Notes: generated by a model from the letters alone, not told the origin. A stretch of DNA of 27,425 bases from Candidatus Firestoneibacteriota bacterium (GCA_043822305.1 JBDRBU010000064.1:1-27425); one strand, 5' to 3'. Shown: positions 1 to 9,354, counted from the stretch's first letter. Translations and numbers: made by a program.

Positions 1-178
1 AATGGAATAGTGAGGTAATCGAATTATAGATGGAAGGAATTTTTGCCCAAAGAAGGGCGTAGAATGGGAGGTGAAATTGGTAAAAGTTAAAAATAAGGTG
101 TTAAATGGTAAAAAGATGGAGGTTGTGGGACAGCCTCTATAGTAAAGAGGGTTAATATATGGAAAGAACAACCCCCTG

Positions 179-198
179 TCCCCCTTTAATAAGGGGGA
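179..198. repeat. GC-rich palindrome TCCCCCTT-TAAT-AAGGGGGA (REP-like), preceded by ACAACCCCCTG
   Basis: Perfect 8-bp inverted repeat with 4-nt loop in an AT-rich intergenic region; no U-tract. Confidence 0.6.
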
Positions 199-218
199 AT
201 AAAATAAATGGAGGATTT

Positions 219-1172
219 ATGTTGAAAAAGTTTATATTTTTGCTTTTTTGTGTTATGGGAATAGGGTTTTCTCAAGAGGTTGTTACTAATGAAGATATAC
301 AAGGGAGTAATGATCATCCTTTAATTTCAAGATATGCAGGTTCTAAAATAATGCGTTATTCTTGTAAGGATTTTGATGAGTACAAACTTCCTTTAGGTGG
401 GCTTAATGCGCAAATGAAATTATCTAAATATATGCGGTTGGAAGGGAAGATAACTCGTATTACTTATGCTGTTTCTCAGAAACGTTCTACATTAGAGATT
501 TATCGCAATTACGAGCAAGCTTTAAAAAAAGTAGGATTTGAATTTTTGTTCAGTGGTTCTGGAGAACAGATTGCCTCGATTGGTATTTTATGGGTAAGTG
601 CTGTCTATAATACTGTGGAGGATTATGATTTAATAGGATATATTGATATACAACGTCATCTATCTGCAAAACTGTCTCGTCAAGAAGGAGATGTATATAT
701 TTCGCTTTATGTTTCTAGTTCTGCACAGTATTCCTATCCTGTAGTTCGGCTTGATGTGATAGAATTAAAATCCATGGAAGATAATTTAGTAGCTGTTAAT
801 GCTGAATTTATGGCTAGTAGGTTGAAGGAAAGCAGCCATATATCTATTTATGGAATTTGTTTTGATAGTGGAAAGACAGAAGTAAAGCCTGAATCAGAAA
901 CGACGATAAAAGAAATTGTAAAATTGTTAAATAATAATTCCAAATTGAACCTTTATGTTGTTGGACATACTGATAATGTTGGAACTTTTGATTTCAATAT
1001 GTCACTTTCAAAAGGACGAGCAGATGCAGTCGTAAATGTTTTGACTACAAAGTATAACATAAGTAAAGAAAGATTAATACCTGTTGGGATAGGTCCTGTT
1101 TCACCTGTAACGACGAATAAAACTGAAAAAGGTAAGGCAAAAAATCGAAGAGTTGAATTAGTAGAGCAGTAG
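219..1172 (+). CDS. OmpA-family peptidoglycan-binding protein with N-terminal DUF4892-like domain
   Basis: GGAGG precedes ATG 219; signal peptide MLKKFIFLLFCVMGIGFS; DHPLISRYAGS motif; C-terminal OmpA motifs VVGHTDNVG, NMSLSKGRA, NRRVELV. Confidence 0.9.
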   Translation: MLKKFIFLLFCVMGIGFSQEVVTNEDIQGSNDHPLISRYAGSKIMRYSCKDFDEYKLPLGGLNAQMKLSKYMRLEGKITRITYAVSQKRSTLEIYRNYEQALKKVGFEFLFSGSGEQIASIGILWVSAVYNTVEDYDLIGYIDIQRHLSAKLSRQEGDVYISLYVSSSAQYSYPVVRLDVIELKSMEDNLVAVNAEFMASRLKESSHISIYGICFDSGKTEVKPESETTIKEIVKLLNNNSKLNLYVVGHTDNVGTFDFNMSLSKGRADAVVNVLTTKYNISKERLIPVGIGPVSPVTTNKTEKGKAKNRRVELVEQ

Positions 1173-1264
1173 AATAACTATGGTTATAGTTTTAAAGGGA
1201 ATATCTTTACTTGTAAAAAGTCTCAATTAAGTAGTTTTAAAATTAAAAAAAGGGGGGATGAAAA

Positions 1265-2488
1265 ATGAAAAGATTAATGATGTATTTTTTGATATTAGTT
1301 ATTGTTGTTTCATTTATCGGATGTACAGTTAAGAAACAAATGGTTTATGATTCAAATGCAGATATGATTTATAAAACAATTCAAGAACTTGCAAATGAAA
1401 TTGTAGAGAAGAAAAAAGATATTAAAAAGTCAAAGATATGTATTACGGACTTAAATGATAAGACAACTCATCGTGTTGATTCTACTATATCTATTCTTAC
1501 TGAAGATGCATTAATTTCTTCACTTTCTAATAAAGGATGTAGCGTATTAGAAAGAAATGAGAATATATTAGAAGATATCACTATGGAAAACGGTGAAAAA
1601 TTTAAAACCTCTGTTAAAACAGAAATTAACAATGGTAATAAACCTAATGTAACAAAAGAGGATGATTTTACTATTGGAGTACCTTTATCTGCTGATTGTA
1701 TTTTGGGATATAGATTATTAGAATGTGGAGTTAAATATGAAAAAGGTTCTTCTTCCGAAAAAATTAAAAGGATTTCAAATGCAAAAATGAACATTAGATT
1801 GATCAATAAAGATAGTTCTATTGTCTGGAGTGATATATTTGATAAAGAAAAAAGTGATGAAGTAAATATAGAAGCAATAAAGGATGTTGAAGGGATAGAC
1901 CTTAAATATTTTGGTTATACTTTGCCAAGTTTAAAAGATGAAAAAACATTTAAAGGAAGCCCTATAATTACAAATAAAAGTGGAACTGGTTCTGGTATTA
2001 GTGAAAGCAGGATAGATATAAATGTAGATGTGGGTTATTTATTTGCACTTTCCTATAATTATTCATTACATAGTGCTTTAGTTTATGGTTTAAAGATAAA
2101 ATACGGACCTATAATTGATAATAATTTTAGTTTATCATTAAATGGTAAATATTCACAAGTGGGTTCTCAAGGTAATTACTTTATTCCTGTATATCTTTCT
2201 GGAGATTATACTTTTTTAAAGTTACAAGAGTTATCAGTATATGCTACCTGGGGAGTTGGAGTTCAATTTATAACAAGTTCATATTCGTATTGGTATTATG
2301 ATTATTATTGGAAATGTTATATTGTGCGATACAGCAGTTATCAAGTAATGGAATTTGAAACGAATGGTGGTATAGGAACAGAAATATATTTAGATAAAAA
2401 TTTCTTATTGAATGCGTCAACAACATATTTCTATGGAAATTCGTTTTATGGATTAGCACTTTCTGGAGGATTAGGATTTAAATTTTAA
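1265..2488 (+). CDS. Lipoprotein with CsgG/FlgO-like N-terminal domain and C-terminal outer-membrane beta-barrel
   Basis: Lipobox FIGC; alpha/beta segment with VLER and ADCILG resembling CsgG/TolB_N-like folds; alternating aromatic/Gly strands after about residue 245; ends LSGGLGFKF (terminal Phe beta-signal). Confidence 0.65.
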   Translation: MKRLMMYFLILVIVVSFIGCTVKKQMVYDSNADMIYKTIQELANEIVEKKKDIKKSKICITDLNDKTTHRVDSTISILTEDALISSLSNKGCSVLERNENILEDITMENGEKFKTSVKTEINNGNKPNVTKEDDFTIGVPLSADCILGYRLLECGVKYEKGSSSEKIKRISNAKMNIRLINKDSSIVWSDIFDKEKSDEVNIEAIKDVEGIDLKYFGYTLPSLKDEKTFKGSPIITNKSGTGSGISESRIDINVDVGYLFALSYNYSLHSALVYGLKIKYGPIIDNNFSLSLNGKYSQVGSQGNYFIPVYLSGDYTFLKLQELSVYATWGVGVQFITSSYSYWYYDYYWKCYIVRYSSYQVMEFETNGGIGTEIYLDKNFLLNASTTYFYGNSFYGLALSGGLGFKF

Positions 2489-2500
2489 TATTAGTTGCAC

Positions 2501-2515
2501 GGCGCCGAAGGTGCC
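2501..2515. repeat. Short hairpin GGCGCC-GAA-GGTGCC
   Basis: 6-bp stem with one G-T pair and a GAA triloop between two co-directional genes; no U-tract. Confidence 0.4.
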
Positions 2516-2538
2516 ATAGTTAAAAAAAGGAGGGGGAA

Positions 2539-3342
2539 GTGAAAAATAAAAATCTAATATTCGCATTGGCTATGGCTGGGGTTGCTACTCTACTTTGGTT
2601 TGTATATTTGAGTAATAAAGAAAAAGAGGTGGTTTCAAAAGGCACACCAAACAAGGTAATAGTTGCAAAAAAGTACATCCAATCTGGTGCTACTTTAAGT
2701 AATGAAATATTAAAAGAAGTTGAAATACCTGAAATATATATTCAACCAGGTGCGGTGAGGGATATAAAATATGCCGAAGGGAAAATTACTTTAGCAGAAA
2801 TTTCACAAGGAGAGCAGATATTAGCAAATAAAATCACTAAGATAGCGGATTATTTATCTTCTGTGGTTCCTATTGGATATAGAGCCGTAGCGATTTCTGT
2901 TGATAGTGAGACTGGATTAAACGATATGATTAAAGTAGGCGACTATGTTGATGTTCTGGGAACATTTGAAGAAACTGGTAGCAAGGGTTCATATACGGCC
3001 ACCATTCTACAAAAAGTAAAGGTATTGGCTATAAATGATAATTTTAATAAGTATCCAAAAGGGAAATCACAATTTTCAACAAAAGAATCTTTTGGACTAT
3101 CTACTGTTACTTTAGGTTTAGAACCATCAGAAGTAGAGGTAATTTCTTTTGCAGAAATTAAGGGCAAGTTAAGATTATCATTAAGAAATCCAGGTGAGGA
3201 TGAAATTGTTTCTATGAAACTTACTAATTTTAGCAATTTGTTAAAAAGTACTCAAAAAGAGATGACTAAACCCACAGGAGATACGCCTTCTTTAGAAATA
3301 ATCCGTGGAACAGAAGGCGAAAAGATTCAGATAAAAAAGTAG
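2539..3342 (+). CDS. cpaB: Flp/Tad pilus assembly protein CpaB (SAF plus RcpC domains)
   Basis: GTG start after AGGAGG; N-terminal TM helix; VIVAKKYI...GATL SAF pattern; GYRAVAISVD, IKVGDYVDVL, ILQKVKVLAI, LRLSLRNPGE. Confidence 0.92.
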   Translation: MKNKNLIFALAMAGVATLLWFVYLSNKEKEVVSKGTPNKVIVAKKYIQSGATLSNEILKEVEIPEIYIQPGAVRDIKYAEGKITLAEISQGEQILANKITKIADYLSSVVPIGYRAVAISVDSETGLNDMIKVGDYVDVLGTFEETGSKGSYTATILQKVKVLAINDNFNKYPKGKSQFSTKESFGLSTVTLGLEPSEVEVISFAEIKGKLRLSLRNPGEDEIVSMKLTNFSNLLKSTQKEMTKPTGDTPSLEIIRGTEGEKIQIKK

Positions 3343-3370
3343 TAAAAGTTCACTGGAATCCGTCAACTAC

Positions 3371-3408
3371 GAGATGGCCACGGTCGCCTAAGGCGACCTC
3401 GCAATGAC
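3371..3408. repeat. Palindromic element GAGATGGCCAC-[hairpin]-TCGCAATGAC, copy 1
   Basis: Central stem GGTCGCC-TAA-GGCGACC; flanks shared with 19289-19330. Confidence 0.7.
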
Positions 3409-3450
3409 ATGATGGATATTAGTAAAATAATTACATTCGAGGAGGTAAAA

Positions 3451-4398
3451 TTGAAAAAATATTTATTAGCAGTACTGTTTTGTTTTTTATTTTTTAATCA
3501 AACTTTTTCAGAAGAAAAAATCCAGATAACAGTTGGTGAATCAAAAATAATACAAATTGATTCGCCAAAAAAAATTGCCGTTGGAGATCCTAAGGTGGCT
3601 GACTTAAAAGTAATTTCAGAGAAAGAAATACTTTTGATTGGAAAATCTGCTGGTTCAACATCACTTATAATTTGGGATAAGGATAATAATCAAATAACAA
3701 AGCAGGTTGTAGTTCTAACTTCTGAATTAGAAAAAACGATGGTAGAAGTAAATGTACAGGTTCTTGAAATGAATAAAAGCGCAGTAAATGATTTTGGAAT
3801 AAACTGGTCAGATACATTAAATGCATTAAATATTGGAGAAAAGACAATCCCACCAATTTTCCAGATAGGAGATTTTGAAAGACTTGAAAGTATAAAAATG
3901 AAATTAAATACACTTGTAAAAAATGGGCAAGCAAAGATGCTGGCCAAACCAAGACTTCTGACGATAAGTGGTTCAAAAGCTTTGTTTTTATCTGGTGGCG
4001 AACTACCGATACTTTATCAAGATAGTCAGAAAATGAATGTGGAATGGAAAGAATACGGAGTTAAATTAGACATACAGCCAACAGCAGATGTATTACAAAA
4101 TATAAATGTAGAGATAAGGGTTGAGGTAAGTAATTTAGATGCTTCTACAGGAGTAAATTACAATGGGAATATAATTCCAGCACTTAAAACAAGATGGGCC
4201 AAGACTTCTATATATGTGAAAAAAGGTGGAACTATTGTGATTGCTGGTTTAATTCAAACTGAAGAAGTTAAAAGGGAAGAAGGAATTCCAATCCTATCTG
4301 ATTTGCCGCTACTTGGGATACTCTTTAAAAGTTTTCATACTGAAACTTCCGAATCAGAACTGGTGATATTTGTTACTCCATCTGTGGTAGGGAAGTGA
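3451..4398 (+). CDS. cpaC: CpaC/RcpA-like pilus secretin (pilus N-terminal domain plus secretin domain)
   Basis: TTG after GAGGAGGT; signal peptide; IAVGDPKVAD...LLIGKSAGSTSLIIWD; LAKPRLLTISGSKALFLSGGELP; GIPILSDLPLLGILFKS; ELVIFVTP. Confidence 0.9.
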   Translation: MKKYLLAVLFCFLFFNQTFSEEKIQITVGESKIIQIDSPKKIAVGDPKVADLKVISEKEILLIGKSAGSTSLIIWDKDNNQITKQVVVLTSELEKTMVEVNVQVLEMNKSAVNDFGINWSDTLNALNIGEKTIPPIFQIGDFERLESIKMKLNTLVKNGQAKMLAKPRLLTISGSKALFLSGGELPILYQDSQKMNVEWKEYGVKLDIQPTADVLQNINVEIRVEVSNLDASTGVNYNGNIIPALKTRWAKTSIYVKKGGTIVIAGLIQTEEVKREEGIPILSDLPLLGILFKSFHTETSESELVIFVTPSVVGK

Positions 4399-4406
4399 TT
4401 AAAATT

Positions 4407-6898
4407 ATGCAAAAAGAAGCCAAAGCACGAATTAAAATAAATAATTTGCTCCAAAATGCTGGTTGGAGATTTTTTGATGATGAAAAGGGTAAAGCGAATA
4501 TTGTTTTAGAGAATAATGTCAAAATCACTGAAAAAGCGATTGACGAATTTGGAAATGATTTTGAAAAAACTAAGAAAGGTTTTATTGATTTTTTACTGCT
4601 TGATGAAAAAGGATTTCCATTCGTCGTTTTAGAGGCAAAGTCAGAAGACAAAGACCCGCTTGATGGCAAAAAGCAAGCCCGCCGTTATGCCCAATCGCAA
4701 AACGTCCGCTTTATTATTCTTTCAAATGGCAATCTTCATTATTTATGGGATGTAGAGCGTGGCAACCCGACAGTCATCATCACTTTCCCGAAATATGAAT
4801 CTTTAAAGCATTTTGAATCTTTTACCCCAAGTTTTACTACTCTTTCAGAAGAAAAAGTAGAGAGTGATTATATTGTCCAGACCCAAAATCTAAATTATCA
4901 AAAAGACCCACGCTGGATTGATGAAATACAACGACCAGATTTTATCAAAGATCAGGATTTAAAATTTTTACGGCCTTACCAACTTTCAGCAATTCATTCC
5001 TTGCAGAGTTCGGCAAAAAAAGGCAATAACTGTTACCTTTTTGAAATGGCAACTGGCACAGGTAAAACTCTTGTTGCTGGTGGAGTAATCAAACTGTTTT
5101 TAAAAAGTGGAAATGCTAAAAGAATCTTGTTTTTAGTGGATCGTTTAGAGTTGGAAGATCAAGCATGGAAAAATTTTGTAAAAATACTTCATATCGATTT
5201 TCTTTGTGTCATCTACAAGGAAAATAAAGACGATTGGCGAAAGGCGGAAATCGTTGTTTCTACTATTCAAAGTCTATCGTTCAACAATAAATATAAAAAG
5301 CTTTTTTCACCAACCGACTTTGATTTGATAATTTCTGATGAAGCGCACCGATCAATTGGCGGTAATAGCCGCGCTGTTTTTGAATACTTTGTTGGCTATA
5401 AATTAGGGCTTACAGCCACGCCAAAAGATTATCTCGAAAATATTGACCCGCAGAAAATTAGCGAAAAAGACCCGCGAGCATGGGAACGTCGTCAACTTTT
5501 GGATACCTACATAACTTTTGGTTGTTCTTCCGGCGAGCCGACTTTCCGATATAGCTTGCTTGATGGCGTAAAAGACGGCTATCTTGTTAATCCGATTGTT
5601 GCCGATGCAAGGACAGAAATCACCACCGAGCTTTTATCAGAAAAAGGTTATTCCTTAATGGTAGAAAATGAGGAAGGAATTGAAGAAGAACAAACCTTTT
5701 TTCAAAAAGATTTTGAACGGAAATTTTTCTCCGATAAAACAAATCAGATTTTTTGTAAAACATTTTTAGAAAATGCACTTAAAGACCCAATTAGCGGAGA
5801 GATTGGAAAGAGTATTATTTTTTGTGTCAGCCAAAATCATGCCTCAAAAATAACGCAAACTTTAAATCAATTTGCCAGTCATCTTTGGCCCGACAAATAC
5901 AATTCCGATTTTGCAGAGCGGGTTACTTCAAATATTTCTGATTCTAATCAATTTGCTATCAATTTTTCTGATAAAAGTAACAATTTAAATGGTCAGACTA
6001 AGTGGATTGAAGGATATAAGTCTAGTAAAACCAGGGTTTGCGTTACTGTGGGCATGATGACGACTGGCTACGATTGTCAAGATATTTTGAATCTTTGCCT
6101 GATGCGTCCGATTTTTTCACCAACTGATTTTATCCAAATCAAGGGACGTGGAACGAGAAAATATACCTTCAAATACAAAGATGCAGACAATGAGCTGTCA
6201 AAAATAGAAAAAGATACCTTCAAACTTTTTGATTTTTTTGCTAACTTCGAATATTTTGAGGAAAAGTATAACTACGATCAAGTTTTGAATCTACCGATTA
6301 AAACCGGAACTGGTACAGGTGGTGGCGGGGGTATAAATATTGATAAAGTTAATATTTGGAAGCCCGACCCGCTCAAAACTTTTTCGGAAATACCCATTGG
6401 CATTGCTGGAATGAAAATTGACTGGAAGTTTTTTGATAAATTTGAATCGGTTGTTAAACAAAAATATGAACAAGGTGATGTCAAAGGCATTGAAGAATAT
6501 GTTAAAACCGAAATTTTTGACAAGCCGGAAGATTATTTTAATTTGGAAAACTTAAGAAAATCTGTAAAGCAGACCGCCGCATAACACTCAAAGAATTTAT
6601 TGAAAAAATCTTTGGGTGGATTTCTGAATTCAAATCAAAAGATGAATTATTGGAAGATGAATTTGAAAATTTTATTGCCATTTGCAAGCCAGACAACAAA
6701 TATGTGATGCCAATAAAAAATTATTTCAAGGCGTATATCACAGACTCTGAAATTCGCGATATTGTGGAAACCAAAGAATACAGCCGATTTGCTACTAATC
6801 CTAAAGTTACAATGAAAGATTTTAAAGAACTGAATGGTTGGCGCGAGATTGTGCCAGAATATGTAAAGGATTATGTTTCAATAAATACTTATATGTAA
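4407..6898 (+). pseudogene. hsdR: Type I-like restriction endonuclease R subunit, split by a -1 frameshift near 6566
   Basis: Nuclease motif IDFLL...LEAK...QARRY, Walker A MATGTGKT, DEAH, QIKGRGTR. The frame ends at 6584, but the -1 frame from 6569 reads ADRRITLKEFIEKIFG... continuously into ORF 6650-6898. Confidence 0.85.
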
Positions 6899-6909
6899 AA
6901 GGAGAAAAT

Positions 6910-7743
6910 GTGGATAAAAATAAATTAGTGTTGTTTGATGGTAAAAAAATTCGTCGCCAATGGGATGAAAAACAGGAAAAATGGTATTTTTCCGTAGTTG
7001 ATGTAGTAGATATATTGACCAATAGTCCTAATGCGCGGAAATACTGGAGTGTGCTAAAGACACGGTTAAAACAAGAGGGAAGTGAGTTGGCTACAAATTG
7101 TAGTCAACTGAAAATGATGTCTTTAGACGGTAAATATTATAAAACAGATGTAATGGATACTGAGCAGCTCCTGCGTTTGATACAATCAATTCCTTCTCCC
7201 AATGCCGAGCCCTTCAAATTATGGTTGGCAAAAGTTGGCTATGAAAGGATGCAGGAAACAGTTGACCCAGAAAAATCTTTGAATCGTACTAGGGAAAACT
7301 GGCAAAAATTGGGCCGAAGTCAAAAATGGATTCAGCAAAGAATGATGGGACAGGAAACGAGAAATAAATTGACAGATTACTGGAAAGAACATGATGTAAA
7401 AAAACAGGATGAATATGCAATTTTGACGAATATTATTCATGAGGAATGGAGTGGTTTGTCAATAAAGGGACATAAAGAATTAAAAAGTTTGAAAACTGAA
7501 AATCTACGCGATCATATGACCGAGGCGGAACTTATCTTTACTGCTTTGGCTGAACTCTCCACTCGCCAAATTGCCGAAAATATGCAAAGCAAAGGATTGG
7601 AAGAAAATAAAATTCCCGCCAAAAAAGGTGGACGAATTGCCAAAAACGCAAGATTGGAATTGGAACAAAAGACATGGAGAAAAGTTGTAAGTGATGAAAA
7701 TTACAAGATTCCACCAAAAAATAATAAAAGATTGGAGAAATAA
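6910..7743 (+). CDS. Bro-N domain protein (phage antirepressor-like)
   Basis: GTG 6910 after AAGGAG; IRRQWDEKQEKWYFSVVDVV, YWSVLKTRL, LLRLIQSIPSPNAEPFKLWLA, NLRDHMT. Confidence 0.85.
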   Translation: MDKNKLVLFDGKKIRRQWDEKQEKWYFSVVDVVDILTNSPNARKYWSVLKTRLKQEGSELATNCSQLKMMSLDGKYYKTDVMDTEQLLRLIQSIPSPNAEPFKLWLAKVGYERMQETVDPEKSLNRTRENWQKLGRSQKWIQQRMMGQETRNKLTDYWKEHDVKKQDEYAILTNIIHEEWSGLSIKGHKELKSLKTENLRDHMTEAELIFTALAELSTRQIAENMQSKGLEENKIPAKKGGRIAKNARLELEQKTWRKVVSDENYKIPPKNNKRLEK

Positions 7744-7745
7744 TA

Positions 7746-7904
7746 ATGCTTAATCAAGATACAAAACGAAAAATTGACTCATGCAGACAAATTTTGGTTG
7801 GCAAGGTACCTGACCCAAAAGCACAAGTTGAACAAATTACCACGGCTTTGATTTATAAGTTTATAGTAATAAAGGGGTCAGAGTCATTTTTTCGTGGATG
7901 TTAA
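7746..7904 (+). pseudogene. hsdM: 5' stub of the cognate N-6 DNA methylase (HsdM-like), truncated after about 39 codons
   Basis: My translation: MLNQDTKRKIDSCRQILVGKVPDPKAQVEQITTALIYKF then unrelated IVIKGSESFFRGC-stop. The first part matches my recollection of HsdM N-termini paired with this HsdR type. Not in the ORF track. Confidence 0.75.
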
Positions 7905-9301
7905 ATGTCAAGGACTGACCTCGTGCCCCATTTTAAGTAATCTTTAACTTTTTTGGTTGAATTTGCTTCGGCATAAATCCTAACAATTGGCTCCGTGCCT
8001 GATGCTCTAATTAATAGCCAGCTTAAATCCTTCATTATAAATTTTGTGCCATCATATCGGGTTATTTCTTGAACGGAATGCCCTGATATCTTGTCTATTG
8101 TAACTGTATTCAAAAAGTTGAAAATCTTTTGTTTCTTCTCTGAATTATATTTTATATCAATTCTATCATAACAGAATTTTCCGTATTTTTTTTCAATCTC
8201 TAATAGAAGTGCACTTACTTTTTTTCCCGTCTGTGCCATCATTTCAAGTATTAAGAGTCCGATGAGGATGCCATCTCTTTCCGGTATATAATTTTTCACT
8301 CCAATTCCACCACTTTCTTCACCACCAATAAGAATATCTTCTTTTAGCATTAAATCTGCGATGTATTTAAATCCAACAGGTGTTTGGTAAAGTTTTAAAC
8401 CATAATCCTTTGCAATTATCTCAACAGCAGATGTTGTAGCGTTTGTTTTAACAACACCACCCGACCATTTTTTATTTTCTAATAGATGTATCATAATAAG
8501 AGGAATTATATGCTGAGCTGATAAAAATCTTCCTGTATCATCTATGATGGCTATTCTGTCGCCATCACCATCTGTAGCCAGACCTACATCCGCGTTATTT
8601 TTCAAGACCTCTTTTTTTAAATCAATTAAATTGTGTTCTAATGGCTCGGGTCTAATTCCACCAAATAATGCATCTTTATAATGATGAATTGGCAATAATT
8701 CTAATTTTGATTTTGATAAAATATTTAGTAAATAACCTTGTGAAGAACCAAACATAGGGTCTATGACAACTTTAAATTTACTTTTGTTAATGGATTTCAT
8801 ATCAACAAAAGAGATTAGTTTTTTAAAATAATCATTCTCAAGGGAAATAAATCTTATTGAATAAGTGTTTTGTAAGACAGAAAATTTATACAAAAAACTT
8901 TCTATTTTCTTTGTTTCTTCCGGTGAAATTACGGCGCCATTTGCTGATTTTACTTTTATTCCATTATAATGAGGTGGATTATGACTTGCCGTTACCATAA
9001 TTCCGCCTAATGCTTTTTTATTTACTACATTAAAAGAGACAACAGGGGTAGAGACAGGATTTTTTGAAAGATAGGCAGTAAAACCATTTCCAGATATAAC
9101 CTCGGAAATTATGCCTGCATATTTTTTAGACAAAAATCTCAGATCGTAACCAATGATTATATCTTTATTTATTTTTTTGATGCTATTAAAATAATCGGCT
9201 ATTCCTTGTGATACGATTTTTACATTTTCAAATGTAAAGTCTTTAGCTATGATCCCTCTCCAGCCATCTGTTCCAAATTTGATGTTTTCCGTATTTAACA
9301 T
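7901..9301 (-). CDS. Phosphoglucomutase/phosphomannomutase family protein
   Basis: FGTDGWRG, TASHNP (phosphoserine), DGDGDR (metal), GGEESGG, RASGTEP. Confidence 0.95.
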   Translation of the reverse strand: MLNTENIKFGTDGWRGIIAKDFTFENVKIVSQGIADYFNSIKKINKDIIIGYDLRFLSKKYAGIISEVISGNGFTAYLSKNPVSTPVVSFNVVNKKALGGIMVTASHNPPHYNGIKVKSANGAVISPEETKKIESFLYKFSVLQNTYSIRFISLENDYFKKLISFVDMKSINKSKFKVVIDPMFGSSQGYLLNILSKSKLELLPIHHYKDALFGGIRPEPLEHNLIDLKKEVLKNNADVGLATDGDGDRIAIIDDTGRFLSAQHIIPLIMIHLLENKKWSGGVVKTNATTSAVEIIAKDYGLKLYQTPVGFKYIADLMLKEDILIGGEESGGIGVKNYIPERDGILIGLLILEMMAQTGKKVSALLLEIEKKYGKFCYDRIDIKYNSEKKQKIFNFLNTVTIDKISGHSVQEITRYDGTKFIMKDLSWLLIRASGTEPIVRIYAEANSTKKVKDYLKWGTRSVLDI

Positions 9302-9307
9302 ACAAGT

Positions 9308-9336
9308 ATTATATCTTTTATTTGTATTTTTATCAA
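9308..9336 (-). promoter_or_regulatory. Sigma70 promoter TTGATA-17-TATAAT ending 6 nt before the pgm ATG (leaderless geometry)
   Basis: Reverse complement of TATCAA 9331-9336 and ATTATA 9308-9313; no Shine-Dalgarno. Confidence 0.7.
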
Positions 9337-9354
9337 TTATTTTTGTAATTTTTA

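Noticed and set aside
159..218. Longer N-termini in the ORF track (159, and likewise 3409, 6838, 9957, 13094, 17269, 18182)
   Set aside because: Downstream starts have proper SD spacing and give clean signal peptides or family N-termini; the 159 extension merely translates a palindrome
2276..2345. Diversity-generating retroelement
   Set aside because: No reverse transcriptase and no adenine-variant template repeat seen in the window
6303..6332. GC-rich low-complexity run in hsdR
   Set aside because: Encodes an ordinary TGTGTGGGGG linker
7800..7820. GCAAGGTACCTGACCC as a REP-like element
   Set aside because: Fully explained as coding sequence (GKVPDP) of the methylase stub
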